Counted from the first letter of the stretch, positions 13,502 through 27,436 are shown. The stretch is DNA of 64,000 nucleotides from Octopus bimaculoides (GCF_001194135.2 NC_068981.1:186754117-186818116), one strand, 5' to 3'. Notes: generated by a model from the sequence alone, not told the origin. A program made the numbers and translations.

Positions 13502-13927
13502 TACTTCTGTCGAATGACCACTGGTCATTAATACTCTGATGAATGACCGCTGGTCGTCATTATTCTGTTGAATGACCTCTGTCGTCAATATTCTGTTGAA
13601 TGACCGCTGGTCGTCAATATTCTGTTGAATGACCGCTGGTCATTAATATTCTGTTGAATGACCGCTGGTCGTCAATATTCTATTGAGTGACCACTGGTCG
13701 TTGATACTCTGTTGAATGATTACTGGTCGTCAATATTCTGTTGAATGACCGCTGGTCATTAATACTTTGTTGAATGACCGCTGGTCGTCAATATTCTATT
13801 GAGTGACCACTGGTCGTTGATACTCTGTTGAATGATTACTGGTCGTCAATACTCTGTTCAATGACCAATGGTCGTTAATACTCTGTTCAATTTCACTGGT
13901 CGTTAATACTCTGTTGAATGACCAGTG
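13502..13927. repeat. 29-bp minisatellite, about 15 units, with a 4-unit higher-order duplication
   Basis: Consensus AATATTCTGTTGAATGACCGCTGGTCGTC; units 5-8 recur as units 9-12 with the same diagnostic variants; no spacers. Confidence 0.95.
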
Positions 13928-14155
13928 TCCGTAACATTACTTTTTTTTATATAACTTCTCACTCCCCACGGCAATCAAACTTATTTCCACCTATTCTTTT
14001 ATCCTTTTATTTGTTTCAGTCATTTGACTGTGGCCATGCTGGAGCACCGCCTTTAGTCAAAGAAATCGACCCCAGGACTTATTCTTTGTAAGCCTACCAC
14101 TTATTCTATCGGTCTGTTTTGCCGAACCGCTAACTTACGGGGATGNNNNNNNNNN

Positions 14156-14199
<44 letters not shown>

Positions 14200-16515
14200 T
14201 ATATATATATATACAGATTTAAATACACACACACACACGTGAGTGTGTGTGTGTCTGCTAATGACGTGCTTGCATAATTGTATACACGACAATTGCATGT
14301 TTTGATTCGCAAATTATTCATCCTAGTGAACGTTACATCACGCTAATTACGGCGAGATCTAAATACTTTCTGCTGTAGTTTTTTTTTAGTTTTTTTTAAT
14401 TATTATTTTGAAATACCCATCGCTGATTTTGTCTAACCTGAAATACATATTTCTTTAAGCTTCTCAATGTTACAGGTTTAACAAGTACAAATAGTGTCTG
14501 AAGATCTTGATTTTTTCCTATGTTTTTTTGAGCTGCTTTTCTTTGTTTTGTTGTTTTTTTTTGTTTTCTTTTCTTTTTCGTTGCATTATATTTCAAGTGT
14601 TTATTTTCATCGATCCCAGTTGATTTCGAACGCAACATTTGACGCTAAGCTAACGTCTCGATAGAAAATTATGCAGTAGAAACCCGCATTGCCATCGAGC
14701 TATTATCTTAACAGGTTGAAGTAGTATAGTTTTGTTATGATGATATTTTTATTCTTTCTATTATTTTATATAATTTCCCCACTTTTTTTTTTAGCACTTC
14801 TTTGCGCAGAGTTTACATCTCCGCTTACGTTTCTAGGTAACACAGTAGCAGGACATATTTCCAAGTACAGTCTCTGAAGATCGCTCTAACATTTCAGTTT
14901 TCTCTCGGTCGATAAGCAGTTCCTAAGAATGTAATAAAATACTCAAATTTGAGAAGAGTATCTTCCGTATGCGCTGCTACTTCTGTTTAGTCTTCAAATA
15001 CAGTAACTTAAATTTTGTTTGAAAACCTTTTTCAATTATTTAACGTACTTTCTTCGTATTATATAGATATTGGCTTCAAATTTTGGCACAAGGCCAGCAA
15101 TTTCGGGGAGACACTAAGTCGATCAAAACGACTTCAGTATTCAACTGATATCTATTTTATCGAACCTGAAACGATGAAAGGTAAAGTCGACCTCGGCGAA
15201 ATTTGAACTCAACGTAAAGACAAGAAATGCCGTCAGTCATTTTGCCTGGTGTTGCTAACGATTCTGCCAGCTCGCCACCTTGTATTATATTGCTATTATT
15301 TTCTACTCTAGGCACAAGGCCTGAAATTTGGAGGGAGGTGGGGAGCCAGTCGATTAAATCGACCCTAGTTCGAAATTGGTACTAAATTTATCGACTACGA
15401 AAGGATGGAAGGCAAAGTCGACCTCGGTGAAATTTGAACTCAGAACGTAAAGACAGACGAAATACCGCTAAGCATTTCGCCCGGCGTGCTAACGATTCTG
15501 CCAGCTCGCCGCCTTTGTATCATATTGATATTAACACCACAAATAAGTTATGAATTATACTACCTTGCAAGTATATGTTTTATACACGTATTAGAAACAT
15601 CAATGATTCGTGACAATAGCTGTGGATGTTAATGGACGGACAAGTCCGCGTCTCTCTTTCCATTCCAACTTAAATTCATTCCAAGCTTTATATATCGCAA
15701 TTTCTAAAGTACTTTTTGTCTATTTATTTAAATTTAATCCGTTTCATTGAAAGTTTAATTATTTCAACATATAATTTAAAAGACAGCAAACATATTTAAT
15801 GAAATAAATCATTAACAGATCGATCTTAAAGCAAGAGCTATGTCTCTCTTTGCATGTGACTTTATATACACAAAGATACATAAGTGAGGCGGTGTATCGA
15901 TCTATCGATCTTCACTTAGAATATTATTTATATGAGTGCATGTATACCTATGATAAGGACTTGGGCATATAATTTCTCCCATATTTATTCGGTACATGGT
16001 AACCAGTACTAAGGATGATAGTAACCAAAGCGGTGTAGTGGAAACAGACTGGAGAGCTCGAAACTCAACGGTGGCACTCGTACATCAAACTGTACACGTA
16101 AGATATATCAAGTGTATTGTGTGTGTGTGTGTGTGTGTGTCTGTCTGCTGCATTCATTTTTCTCCTATATATAACTATACAACTCCTCCAATCTCTCTCT
16201 CTCTATCTCCCTCTTTTTCTCTCTCTCCCTCTTTTTCTCTCTCTCTTTCTCTTGCGTCTTTTTTTATTTTTGTTTTCTACATTGCACATTTCCATAATCT
16301 TTTTAAAAGAATTTTTTCAGAATTTTCTTTTTTTTTTCTTTTTTTTTTTTTGTTAGTATTTGCCAGTCTAGTATAAAACGGATTGATTATAATTTGTACT
16401 TGAGAAAAGAATCTGGGATATACGAATATGTTCTTTCTGAACATTAATTCCTTTTGGTACAACTTTATTTAATTAAACTACTATATGCATATATATATGT
16501 GTGTGTGTGTGTATA

Positions 16516-16720
16516 CAGGGTGGCCCAAAAGTAAGTTTACATTTATTCAACTTTCGCATTCACATATTGACAGTTTAAATCTTAATTATAAAAAATATAA
16601 AACCGTTATTCTATGCTAATTTAGTTAATTGTAAGATAGAAATTTAAATGTAATAAAATGTTTTAAAAGAAATTTAAAATGCCTACGTAATAACTGTAAA
16701 CCTACTTTTGGGCCAGCCTG
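16516..16720. mobile_element. Tc1/mariner-type MITE, 205 bp
   Basis: 26-bp TIRs CAGGGTGGCCCAAAAGTAAGTTTACA / TGTAAACCTACTTTTGGGCCAGCCTG (24/26); TA TSD on both sides. Confidence 0.9.
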
Positions 16721-16736
16721 TATATATGTGTATGTG

Positions 16737-16787
<51 letters not shown>

Positions 16788-17391
16788 ACATAAGGCGTAT
16801 GTGGAGTTATACAGTATGCATACATCTTCAAATCAGAGTTAACGATGTAACTGAATGTAAATTAAGAAACAACTGTAGCATGCGACATAAGTTTTATTTG
16901 CCTCTCACTTTTCCTGGATATAAACTGAGTATATATATATTTATATACACACGCACACACACACTTAAGTACTCACATATATATATATGTATATATGCAT
17001 TTTAAATGTTTATATATACGTATACATATCTGTGTGCACGCACGCGTATGTGTTTGTGTATAGCTCGAAACTTTGTGGCTGTGAATCAAACTTCTAAACT
17101 GCACAGCCATGCCTGAGCCCGCACACAGCCATCCTAACGTCCGTGTAAGAATCTGTATTAACTCCACTTCAATATTCATAAAGTTTAAAGTCTTCTTACT
17201 ACCATCAAGACACAACTGCCAACCTCTAAAGATAGCCATCACATTACGATTTAATATTGACATTACCAAATACTACCCAAATACGAGAGCATATAAACCC
17301 TTGGTGTATTCTATCTTAGTCCTCACAAATGTTAATTATAAAGAGAAAATATTTTATACTTTCAATATTATGTCATATAATTCCCTGACTG

Positions 17392-17430
17392 GTGACGTCA
17401 CAGATACGATCCGCCATGCAATTTTCCGCT
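17392..17430. promoter_or_regulatory. CRE palindrome with adjacent YY1-like motif
   Basis: GTGACGTCAC (17392-17401) followed by CCGCCATG (17411-17418) in a small CpG-enriched unique patch. Confidence 0.3.
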
Positions 17431-17621
17431 ATCGGTTATTTTCCATAGTATAACACGTTCGTTATTTGTATGCTTATATAACTTCATTTCAACTCTCATG
17501 AGTTTTCTACAGTTACATTTACACAATAGCTCGACTTAATGCAGTTTTCCTTGTTGATATGTTATAGATTTTTGCTTTTATTCTTCATGGTATTATTGTG
17601 TCAGCCAGTTCTCTATGTCGT

Positions 17622-17665
<44 letters not shown>

Positions 17666-17695
17666 ACTTTCTCTCTTTTTCTTTGTTTCCTTTTA

Positions 17696-17748
<53 letters not shown>

Positions 17749-17753
17749 TTCTT

Positions 17754-17853
<100 letters not shown>

Positions 17854-17929
17854 CCCAATGCTTCTTGGTAGCCTTGAAAGCTTGTAATCTGTTTCGTCAT
17901 GTAACAAAACACCATAATACTCAACCTCC

Positions 17930-18110
17930 AGTGAATACCACCATGCATGAACAAATCCTCGATAAAAGAGGAAGACGGAGATGGCTGCGAGGATGGTCGA
18001 GCAGCATCAAAGAACGGGTTGGGGAAAGATGGGGTTGACTGATGACTCGGAAAGATAACAGAAAGAGGTTGCATCTGTTGTCGTGTTGTATGGCGTCCCT
18101 TCGATGCGAA
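17930..18110 (+). mobile_element. Short RTE-like LINE 3' relic
   Basis: ILDKRGRRRWLRGWSSSIKERVG resembles the RTE C-terminal GKRxRGRxRxxWxDxIKEW motif. Confidence 0.5.
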
Positions 18111-18927
18111 TTTCGATTCATTTAATCTCCTCCTACTCCTTATCTTTCATCTTTTACTGCTTTCTTATTTTAGTCATTGGACAGCGGCTATGCTAAGGCA
18201 CCACCTTGGGGGATTCTAGTAGAACGAATCGACTCCAGTATTTATGATTTATTTTTTTTTATATATATAAAGGCTAGTACTTATTCCATCGGTCTCTTTT
18301 ATCGGACTGCTAGGGTACAGGAACGTCAGTGAATCAACAACGGCTGTAGAGCAGTGAGTGATGACAAGCACAGACACAGAAAGACATGCACAGATATGAG
18401 TGTGTGCGCGCATGCATGTGTGTGTGTGTGTGTGTAAATAAAGTACTCCATCTGGCGAAAGATAAATATTATTTAATAAAACAATATATTCGTTTTTTAT
18501 GAGCTACTAACAGTTTCATGCGGTGAAAACAACTCGGACAGTATTTATAACACATCTGGTGTCTTCGCGCAACGCGCACACATATATGGTATAACAAGCT
18601 TCCACACGGTTACCGTTTACCCGTTTACCAAATTCACTCACAAAGCATTGGCGGTCCAGGGTGCCACGCAATAGTACTGAATTCGAAACCTCGTGGTTGC
18701 AAAGCAAGCTTTTTAATAACACATCCATGTCTATATCTCTTCATACAACGCATAATATCTGAAGAAAGAGGNNNNNNNNNNTTCAACTCTATCGAAGCAT
18801 GTGGTGACTTTGTCTCTCTAAAATGAAAATGGATACCACAATAAGACATCGTCTTTCGTGCTGGTGCCCCGTAAAATACCATGGCGCCTCCTTATGCATT
18901 TAGATGGGTTAGAAGATGTAAGGTATA

Positions 18928-19537
18928 TACAATTTCTCTTGAATAGTAATATAAACCTCCAGACGGTAGTGGTAGAAGAAACTCTTCACCTGTATACACC
19001 TCGTAAATTATGCTACGGGAATCCCCTACTTCCCTGGTCTCCGATCCCTTAAATCACCATCAGTATTCTTCCGGGGCCGAAACCGGCTCCTTACGGAGTG
19101 TGGCTCGATCTGCTAGAAATATCCGATATTCCTTCAAATGACATGCAACCATCTTAAATAAATAAACAATGCAAATGCTAATGTAGTTCTTGATGTTCTT
19201 CAAAGGCGGGATGTTCATGGTTGGAATACTTTTGATCATATTTCTCTTTGATAAATGTTGACCTGGTGCTAAATAACAACAAAGACGACAATAAGAATAC
19301 CACATCCTGGTCATTTGATAAAGTTACCAAAGTGCAAGAAATTTGGTCCGGGTTTTGGTTTCAGAAAATCACAATCTTCCAGCTTATTCCTTCTGACTAC
19401 AATTTCTCTTGAATAGCAATATAAACCTCCAGATGGTAGTGGTGGAAGAAACTCTTCACCTGTATACACCTCATAAATTACGCTACGGGAAGCCCCTACC
19501 TCCCCGATCTCCGATCCCTCAAATCACCATCAGTATT
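18928..19537 (+). repeat. 140-bp direct repeat pair (18928-19067 and 19398-19537)
   Basis: 130/140 identical with no indels, 470-bp period. Confidence 0.92.
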
Positions 19538-19789
19538 TTGGCAATGTCTCTGTTGCATTGCGAAATGGTTAGCGGCATTTCGTCCGTCTTCATGCTTTGA
19601 GTTTAAATTCTTCTGAGGTTGACCTTGCCTTTCATTCTTTCGGGATCGATAAAGTAAGCACCAGGTAAGCAATGGGTTCCGCATAATCGACAACTTACGT
19701 CCTACCCTGAACTTACTAGGTCCTTGTGCCAAAAGAAATTTGAAATCAATATTAAGTCCCCTTTGTGATCGCACTTGTCCCTTCATCAA

Positions 19790-20640
19790 CGCTACTGGGC
19801 TGGAAATATAGCTTTTAGCGTCTGCACCAGTATGTCTTCTTGCGTACCAAAGTATCAGATCGATTACCTAAATATTTTAGACCTCTTTCTTACCTTTAAA
19901 ATCCAGCTTTTACTCAGTCACCCCCGTTTCTACACCCGTCAGATCCTCTGATTACCACATTAAGACATCCCACCTCATAGCATTCTATTGCACCACATCC
20001 CTGGCTCCTCAATGCCTATGGTCGGAGCTCTGCTCTTTCTTGGCTGACTTCCTTAAGCAACAAATTTACTCCACGTCTGATCCATCGGAGAAATCTAATC
20101 GGATTGAGAGACGCAAGCTATATAAAGTATGATCTTTTAATCCTGCAAATTTAAAGCTCCCCACTGGTTCACATGTAGCCCTTTTAGGAGGTTTAAGAAG
20201 GAAGAACACTAGAAGGGCGTCAATGTCACAATTTTGAAGGGTTTTACACAGAACCACAATGTCTGAAAGATGACCATCTCAAAAACAGAAATTCAACGCA
20301 TTTGCTGCCCATTTCCTTCCAATTCTATACTGCAAATGTACACATACATTCTGAGTAATGTGGCCACATACATTGTGAGTAATGAGGCTACCAGAGATGA
20401 TGATTTTGAAAATAACTTTATTGACGGCTTCACAAACATCTCCATCACCCAAATCCTAACACTACACAGAAAAACCAACTGAAAATTCTTTTCCTTTCGC
20501 TCAAATCCAACAAGGTGAAGCGCCTTGACGATATTCCTTCCAATATACACAAGCTGTATCGCAGAGCCAACTCCTGTCATCAGCTCTTCAATGTTTCCCT
20601 TAATACGATGAAACATTCAGTGGTGTACTTCAAAACTGAA
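19790..20640 (+). mobile_element. Old CR1/L2-superfamily LINE relic (internally deleted)
   Basis: NILDLFLT...SSDYH (APE end), ELCSFLADFL (RT), and a C-terminal RR...LF-like stretch; many stops. Confidence 0.55.
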
Positions 20641-21239
20641 ATATAAATTTCATCCAACACCGTGTGTGTGTAAATTAATTAAACTTACAACGATTATCTT
20701 TTTTCTATAATCCGACCAAAGACGAAGACGGATCCGCTTCATCAGTTTCGGTTTTTATTGTAATTTTATCAGTAACTAACTACATTTTTCTTAGATGTTA
20801 GGTTCGATGTTTTGTTTATATCCATTATTATTGCTTTCAAATGGTGAGATAGGGCCAGTAATTTTAAGAGAGGAGTAAATCGATTACATCAACCCCGATG
20901 TTCAACTGATATTTATTATATCGACCTCTAAAGGATGAAAGGCGAAGTCGATCTCGACGGAATTTGAACTCAGAACATAAAGACAGATGATATGCCGTTA
21001 AACATTTTGCCCGGCGTGCTAACGAATTTTCCAGCTCGCTGCCCTTATATCCATTGTTACTGAAGCATTCATTGTATCGAACACTCCGATTTGCATAAAC
21101 AACGTATTCTTGGCACCTACTTTTTAACTTATTGACGCGATAGTCGTGTTGTTTTGTTGATAGAAAAGGGCAGACAACTGCTGGTGAAATCTCAACAAAA
21201 AACTGGAATGTTCTAGTTGAATCCTCTTTTTTGTTCAGG

Positions 21240-23009
21240 ATGAGAGTGCATAAAATGTTAGTCGTTTTTGATAGTTCGGTATATTTAAGTTTAATTAATC
21301 TACGCACGTAAAGTCTATCCTTTATTCGTTCTTTCTACTGCGTTGGTTCAGCTGCCGTAAGGTGGAAGGAAGAGGTATTAATGAAGAGGAAGAGTGAGCA
21401 GTTAGCTGGACCGTACTTTTGGCCTAACTTCTATTTCTGCTTATGATTTTACTTATTCTATTGTTGCTGAAAATCCTCATCTTCACTCATCATCATCCTC
21501 ATCATACTCAACCTTCTCCTCCTCCTTCTTCTCCTCATCATCATCATCCGGTATCGACCGCTTTCGCTATATTGAATATCACTGATCACCATCTCAGTCT
21601 CTTTTTGTGTGCTGTCCTTATATATATATATTCGTTATATTATAAGTCTGTCCAGTTCTTCTATTATCATTTCACGTAATTCTTGATTTTCCCTTCATCT
21701 TTCTCTCTTTCTTCTTCCTCTTCTTCTCTTTATACTGACTGCAATCCTTTTTTATTTAATTAAATGTCCACAATCTTTTAGATTTTCTCTCTTTGAAGGC
21801 GTCCAATAAAATTTTCTTAATTATTTTGGATTTTTTCTTAACCATTCTTCGTACTTGATAGACTTTGTGTTCTGTCCATGATATTCTTAAAAGTCTTCTT
21901 TATGTCCACATCTCAAAGGCTTGTAATCTTTTTTTTTTTTTTTTTTTTTTTTTTTTGATAAAACCTTTGTTAATGTCCATGTTTCAACTCCATATACCAG
22001 AGAAAACCAGACATAACACTTTAATAATGTTTTCCTGGTTTTGATATTATTGTTTCTTGTTCTCTATAAGTTTGGCGCTTTCTGTTTTGTTTTTGTTTTT
22101 TTGTTCAAAGACTCCATCTTTCTCAACCTTTCTTTTGATTTCTGCCTCACATTTCCTGTTTTCTGATTACACATATCCCAGCTTTATTATCTTTGTCTCT
22201 TCAATTGGCTCTTTCTTAATTGAATATATTTCTTTTTGCGACTGGTCTTTCTCGTTGATTACCCTTCACTGTATTCTTAACGGCCATTTCCATTCTATAA
22301 CATATTCCTTTTGTCATTTTCTGTGATTATGAGCTACTATAGATTATCTCTATTGAAATATCTTATACTGGCACTCCTATTGGAACTCCTGCAATGTCTT
22401 ATATTTCTCTGCAGATCTTCTCAATGTATGGATTAAAGATGCAAAAAGATTGTACACAACCCTGCCTGACTCCTTAACTTTAAATTGGATTCTTACTGCT
22501 GTTGTTTGCTTCCAGTACATTTCTGTTATAATGTGAAGATTATAACCTACACCAAGTTCATATAAATACTCAGTATTTTCTGCATATTTACTCGACCAAA
22601 TTACCTTTGTATAGTCTCTAAATCAGCGGTTCTCAACCGCGGCTCCCGGCCCTTATGCATTCCTCAAGCATCATTCCAGCGGTCCCCGACGGTAATCCTT
22701 CAATAAATATAATTTTTTTTTTCCTTTCAGTGATGTGTGTGTCATTTCTTTAGGTGCAGCACCATCACCACGCCAACTAGAGAATTTTAGATTTTGGATC
22801 TAGGACCACTGCTCTAAACCATAAGCAAATATTTCGATTAGTGTGAACATTAGGCGCATGCGTGGGTGCGTGATAAGAAGCGTGCTTCGCTACCACATGG
22901 TTCCGGGTTCAGTCCAACAGCATGACACTTTGTGTAAGTGTCTGCTACTATAGCCTCGGGCCGACCAAACCCTTGTGAGTGGATTTGGTAGACGGAAACT
23001 AAAAGAATC

Positions 23010-23068
<59 letters not shown>

Positions 23069-24711
23069 NNNNNNNNNNTTACGACTCCGTAAACCAGCGG
23101 TTCGGCAATAGGAACCGATAGAAGAAGTACTAGGCTTTAAAAAGATCATTCCTGGGATCGACTCGTTCGATTAAAACCTTTCGAGGCGGTGTTCCAGCAC
23201 GGCCGCAGTCAAATGACTGAAACAAGTATAAAAATAAAAGAATGGTTTTTAAGTAAAGTAATCGTCCGGGGTATTTTAATTGTTAACCATTCGCCAAAGT
23301 TCTCCAAACATAAATGTATCAACATCAAATTAGTTTTTAGGCCGCTCTTGATCTTATAACTACTTTGTTACAGTCTTATTTATTCCTTTAGACTTAAGGC
23401 ATAATAATTCTTTTGTGGGGGTGAATTTTAGTAGTAACTTAACCACATGATGTCTTAGGCTTTTGGCTTTAAAGCCTGTTTTATTAGATCTCAACCGTGG
23501 ATCTCCAATGCATTTTGATGTTTCTTATATTTAATTTGTTCCAGTTGCCTTTCTATCTTTCATTGAACTTATTACATTTTCTTCTTTAAGGATTTCGTTA
23601 ACATTAGCAGCTTCGAAATTGGGTAAAGACAGTCTGTCCCCATTATCACAGAGTTCTTTTATATATTCAACCCACAAAATGCAATCTAATTATAATCAAG
23701 TAGCATTCGTATTTTTGTCTTTAACTTTGCCTCTTCATGCATTCTGCCGTTTGTAATCTTAAATATTCTATTTATATAATATTTCTTTATATTTATGTTG
23801 GTTATTAAATTTTTCATATTTTCTTAGCATTGACCATCCAGTCATTTATTGGTTTGCTTTTCAACATTCACAATAAATCTTTTTATTAAATTGTTTTAGC
23901 CATCTTCATATTCATTTCTCTCCTTCTTTGATTTTTGACAGAATTCCCTCAGTCGTCCATTTTTTTCTCATTTTCTCCCTCTCGTTTCAAGAAGTGCTTT
24001 TATTTTTCTTTACAAATATTTACATGCAGGTTTTAATTATATTCTTTCTGTTTATTCTTTATTATATGATTCGTGCATTCTTTCTTTATTGTGCAAATAT
24101 TCAAACTTGTTTCGTATTTCCACTTTAGATTTGTTTGTATTCTGACTGCCTTAGCAAGTTTATGTTTAACTGTTTTCATCTTTTAGCCAATTTCGTTTCC
24201 TCATGTTTCATTCGAAATTTAATTACCAGTGGATTATGGCGTCTCTATTGATAAGCTTTTGGAAGTTTCACAGTTTCGAAACCACCAATTTATCAGAAGA
24301 TATAGCCAATCTGACTTCATGTACCATCTCTGCAACACATATATAATTTCCGTTGTGGATACTCAAATAGTTTTCGTGCCTACGAAATTATATACTTGTC
24401 AGAAATGCATCATTAGTCACCTTTTCCATTTCTTTTGTCTTATCCATATTGAGCTATTCTATTGTCGGTGTTTCATCTGCTGACTTTGGCTATAAAATCA
24501 CTCATTACATGGTTTCTTTAGCGTCTTTATTACATTTTGAATTTGTAAGAGTTTTAGTTGAATGAATCAACCCTGGTACATATTCTTCCAAAATCTGGTA
24601 TTTATTCTATCAGTATCTTTAACCGAACCGCTGGGTGACGAGGACGTAAACACACAACACCAGTGGTCAAGCGGTGGCTGGTGACAAGCACACAGATAAG
24701 CACGCACGGAC

Positions 24712-24742
<31 letters not shown>

Positions 24743-26692
24743 TATATANNNNNNNNNNNNNNNNNNNNNNNNNNNNNNNNNNNNNNNNNNNNNNNNNNNN
24801 NNNNNNNNNNNNNNNNNNNNNNNNTATATATGATGGGCTTCTTATAGTTACCGTCTACCAAATCATCCACTCATAAGGCTTTGGTCGGTTCTTAAGCTAT
24901 ACAAGAAGAGAACCAGGGTTCCACGCAGTGGGACAGACCCCGGAACAATATGGTCGAGAAGCAAACTCCTTACCACAAACCCAGTCTGCGCCTATAGTTA
25001 TGGATGTTGTTATAGAATCTTGAATGCTTTCTTTCCACCAGAACACAACACTGTGTCATTGTTTTCCTTGTAATTTTACCACCCTCTCTCCACCTAATTT
25101 CAGAATCTCCACAGTACCAGCATTTATATTTTTCCTGTATAATAATGTCAAATTTTCTTGGCTGATATTGAGTTCTTCTGTTCCATGTTCCTAGTTGTAC
25201 GAGCGTTGTCCTTAGACTTAAAGATATAACTATCCGATAGTAACTTACAATTAAGGTTTAGATTACCAGTCATCATCAGAACTGTACCTCTAACTGTTTC
25301 TTCATTGTTGTTAGAACATAACTACAGTTTGAGGTTAACTCCAAGGGCCCCAGATACTTTATCGTTTTCTTGCAATCTTTTAATGTTATTTTGGAGTCCC
25401 ATTCTCTTCCATGTTAGCTATCCACTAATCTTTTAATGTCTTATAAGTGCTATGGATGTGACATACATTTTGTTATCATGCAGTCATTAATCTTTAATTT
25501 CTTTAATTAACGTCTTACACCTTCCCAGTTTTCGTCACTTCCTCTGTACGATCGTATTTCCTCGACTATTGATATTCATTGCTTAGCCAAAGAAAAGTGC
25601 TGTAGCCTGACCATAAATGTACCCTACGGGTTTCTTCGGTAGGATGAGGTTACAAAGGCATTACAACTCAGGAACCAACACATAATTAATTATGGGATTT
25701 GTCATTCAACTTACTGAATTATCCGGTCATTGAATCAACATTTACCTTTAACATAATTCTTGGACGAAATCAGCATGAAACAGAGATAAAACCGATCCTT
25801 TAAATTACAGCTATAATCCCTCCGACGGCTTTGGTACAGTTTCCGTCAACTTACTTTCACACATAAGGTCTGTGGTAAAAGACACCTGTTTAAGATGCTA
25901 AGACCACGTGACTGTGAGACGAATTTCTTAATCGTACAGCTATGCTACATTCACCATACATCATTGTCGAAAGTATTGACTACTTGTGTATGAACATAGA
26001 ACAAAGCAGGCGCGGCTGTTCGTTTAAGAAGTTCCATTTGCAGTTATATATTCTCTGTCCGATTCAACTGTTCGAGATCTGGGTTGAGCAATACTGATTA
26101 AGTGATATTTGAAAGACACCTCCCACGCTTATATATTGTACGAATGAGGGTGGTGTATTCTCTGTACTTTTCACCCTTGTATATCAGTGATGGAGATAAA
26201 TATAACTCCGACCATGCAGCAGCTGTCACTTTTTATAAACGTATGTCAAACTTGTGCATATCTGTTCATGAAATTTTGTTTTGTTCAGAATCTGGTTTCG
26301 GTGTGTGGGTTTATACGTATATATAAAATACAACATATTCAAATACATATGGTTAGAGCGTAGGGCTCACAATCATGAGGTAGTGAGTTCGATTCCCAGA
26401 CCGGGCTGTATGTTGTCTTCTTGAGCAAGACACTTTATTTCACGTTGCTCCTGTTCACTCAGCTGTAGAAATGAGTTGCGACGTCACTGGTGCCAAGCTG
26501 TATCGGCCCCTTTGCCTTTTCCTTGGATAACATCGGTGCGTGGAGTGGGGAAGTCTGTATGCATGGGCGACTGCTGGTCTTCCTTAAACAACCCTGCCCC
26601 GACTTGTGCCTCGGGGTGGAACTTTCTAGGTGCAAACCCTTGGTCATTCATGACCGAAGGGTGTCTTTACTCTTTATATACATATATATATA

Positions 26693-26745
<53 letters not shown>

Positions 26746-27436
26746 CCATTTAGCTTGAGGTGGCTGTGCTATTACTGTATTCCTCGTGTGAGTACTACAT
26801 AAAAACCTTCCACAGCAGACATTTTCTGATCTGTGTTGTCATAGTAACCTCTAAAACGTAAACGTTTGTCCCAAATTTCCCATTCTGATTCCTAAATATC
26901 TTACCTCCTTCCCTTTCAAAATGATTGAGAAAATATATAGGCGTGGCTGTGTAGTAAGAAGCTTGCATTCCAGCCACATGGTTCCGGATTCAGTCCTACT
27001 GTGTGGCACATTGGGCAAGTGTCTTCTACTATAACCACGGGCCGACCAAAGCCTTGTGGGAGGATTAAGTAGACGGAAACTGAAAGAAGCCCGTTGTATA
27101 CATATGTATGTATGTATGTGTGTGTATGTATGTTTGCGTGTGTATGTACGTCTATATGTGTTTGTGTATGTGCTTTACAACTACTGTTAGTGTGTTTATG
27201 CCCCCGTAAATTACGGTTCGGCAAAAGAGAGCGATAGAATAAGTACCAGACTTTGAAAAATTATGTCCTCTTGATTGTTCCTATGTTAGCTATAACCGAA
27301 TATTGAAGAAAACTTACTTATCTCCCTTCTTTTCTTTTCAGTTGACAGCAGAGTAAATGTTGATGGTGTGAGCTACATTTTGAAGCTGGCCATGACACAC
27401 CAAGATGAAGTGGTAACTCGCAGTAAACCGCAATGA
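21240..27436 (+). CDS. Speculative 3-exon small ORF (71 aa): 21240-21307, 26188-26240, 27342-27436
   Basis: Each exon has a pyrimidine-rich AG acceptor and a GT donor; phases 2 and 1 join in frame; no homology recognised. Confidence 0.25.
21540..25600 (-). mobile_element. Decayed RTE-clade LINE, interrupted by a MITE and two SINEs
   Basis: Minus-strand GVRQGC (22456-22473), LKCYVWFSLVYGVETWTLTK (21965-22024), LQAFEMWT (~21905-21925); (GAT)n-type 3' tail at ~21480-21545; the 5' endonuclease part (25000-25600) is only weakly recognisable. Confidence 0.85.
22624..22811. mobile_element. hAT (Charlie-like) MITE, 188 bp
   Basis: Ends CAGCGGTTCTCAACC ... TAGGACCACTG; 8-bp TSD CTCTAAAT (22616-22623) / CTCTAAAC (22812-22819). 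Confidence 0.85.

Noticed and set aside
13502-13927. CRISPR array interpretation of the 29-bp palindromic repeat
   Set aside because: Units are contiguous with no unique spacers, there are no cas genes, and the context is eukaryotic
15996-16097. Exon-like ORF MVTSTKDD...HQTVH ending at gtaaga
   Set aside because: Poor acceptor, phase incompatible with the next candidate exon, and no recognisable homology
26350-26410. tRNA genes at SINE heads (also 11443-11510, 59070-59135, family A and B heads)
   Set aside because: A/B boxes only, no cloverleaf, and each continues into a SINE body
27342-27420. Ras/Rheb-like similarity of RVNVDGVSYILKLAMTHQDE
   Set aside because: Lacks DTAG (G3) and no P-loop or NKxD exon is found nearby
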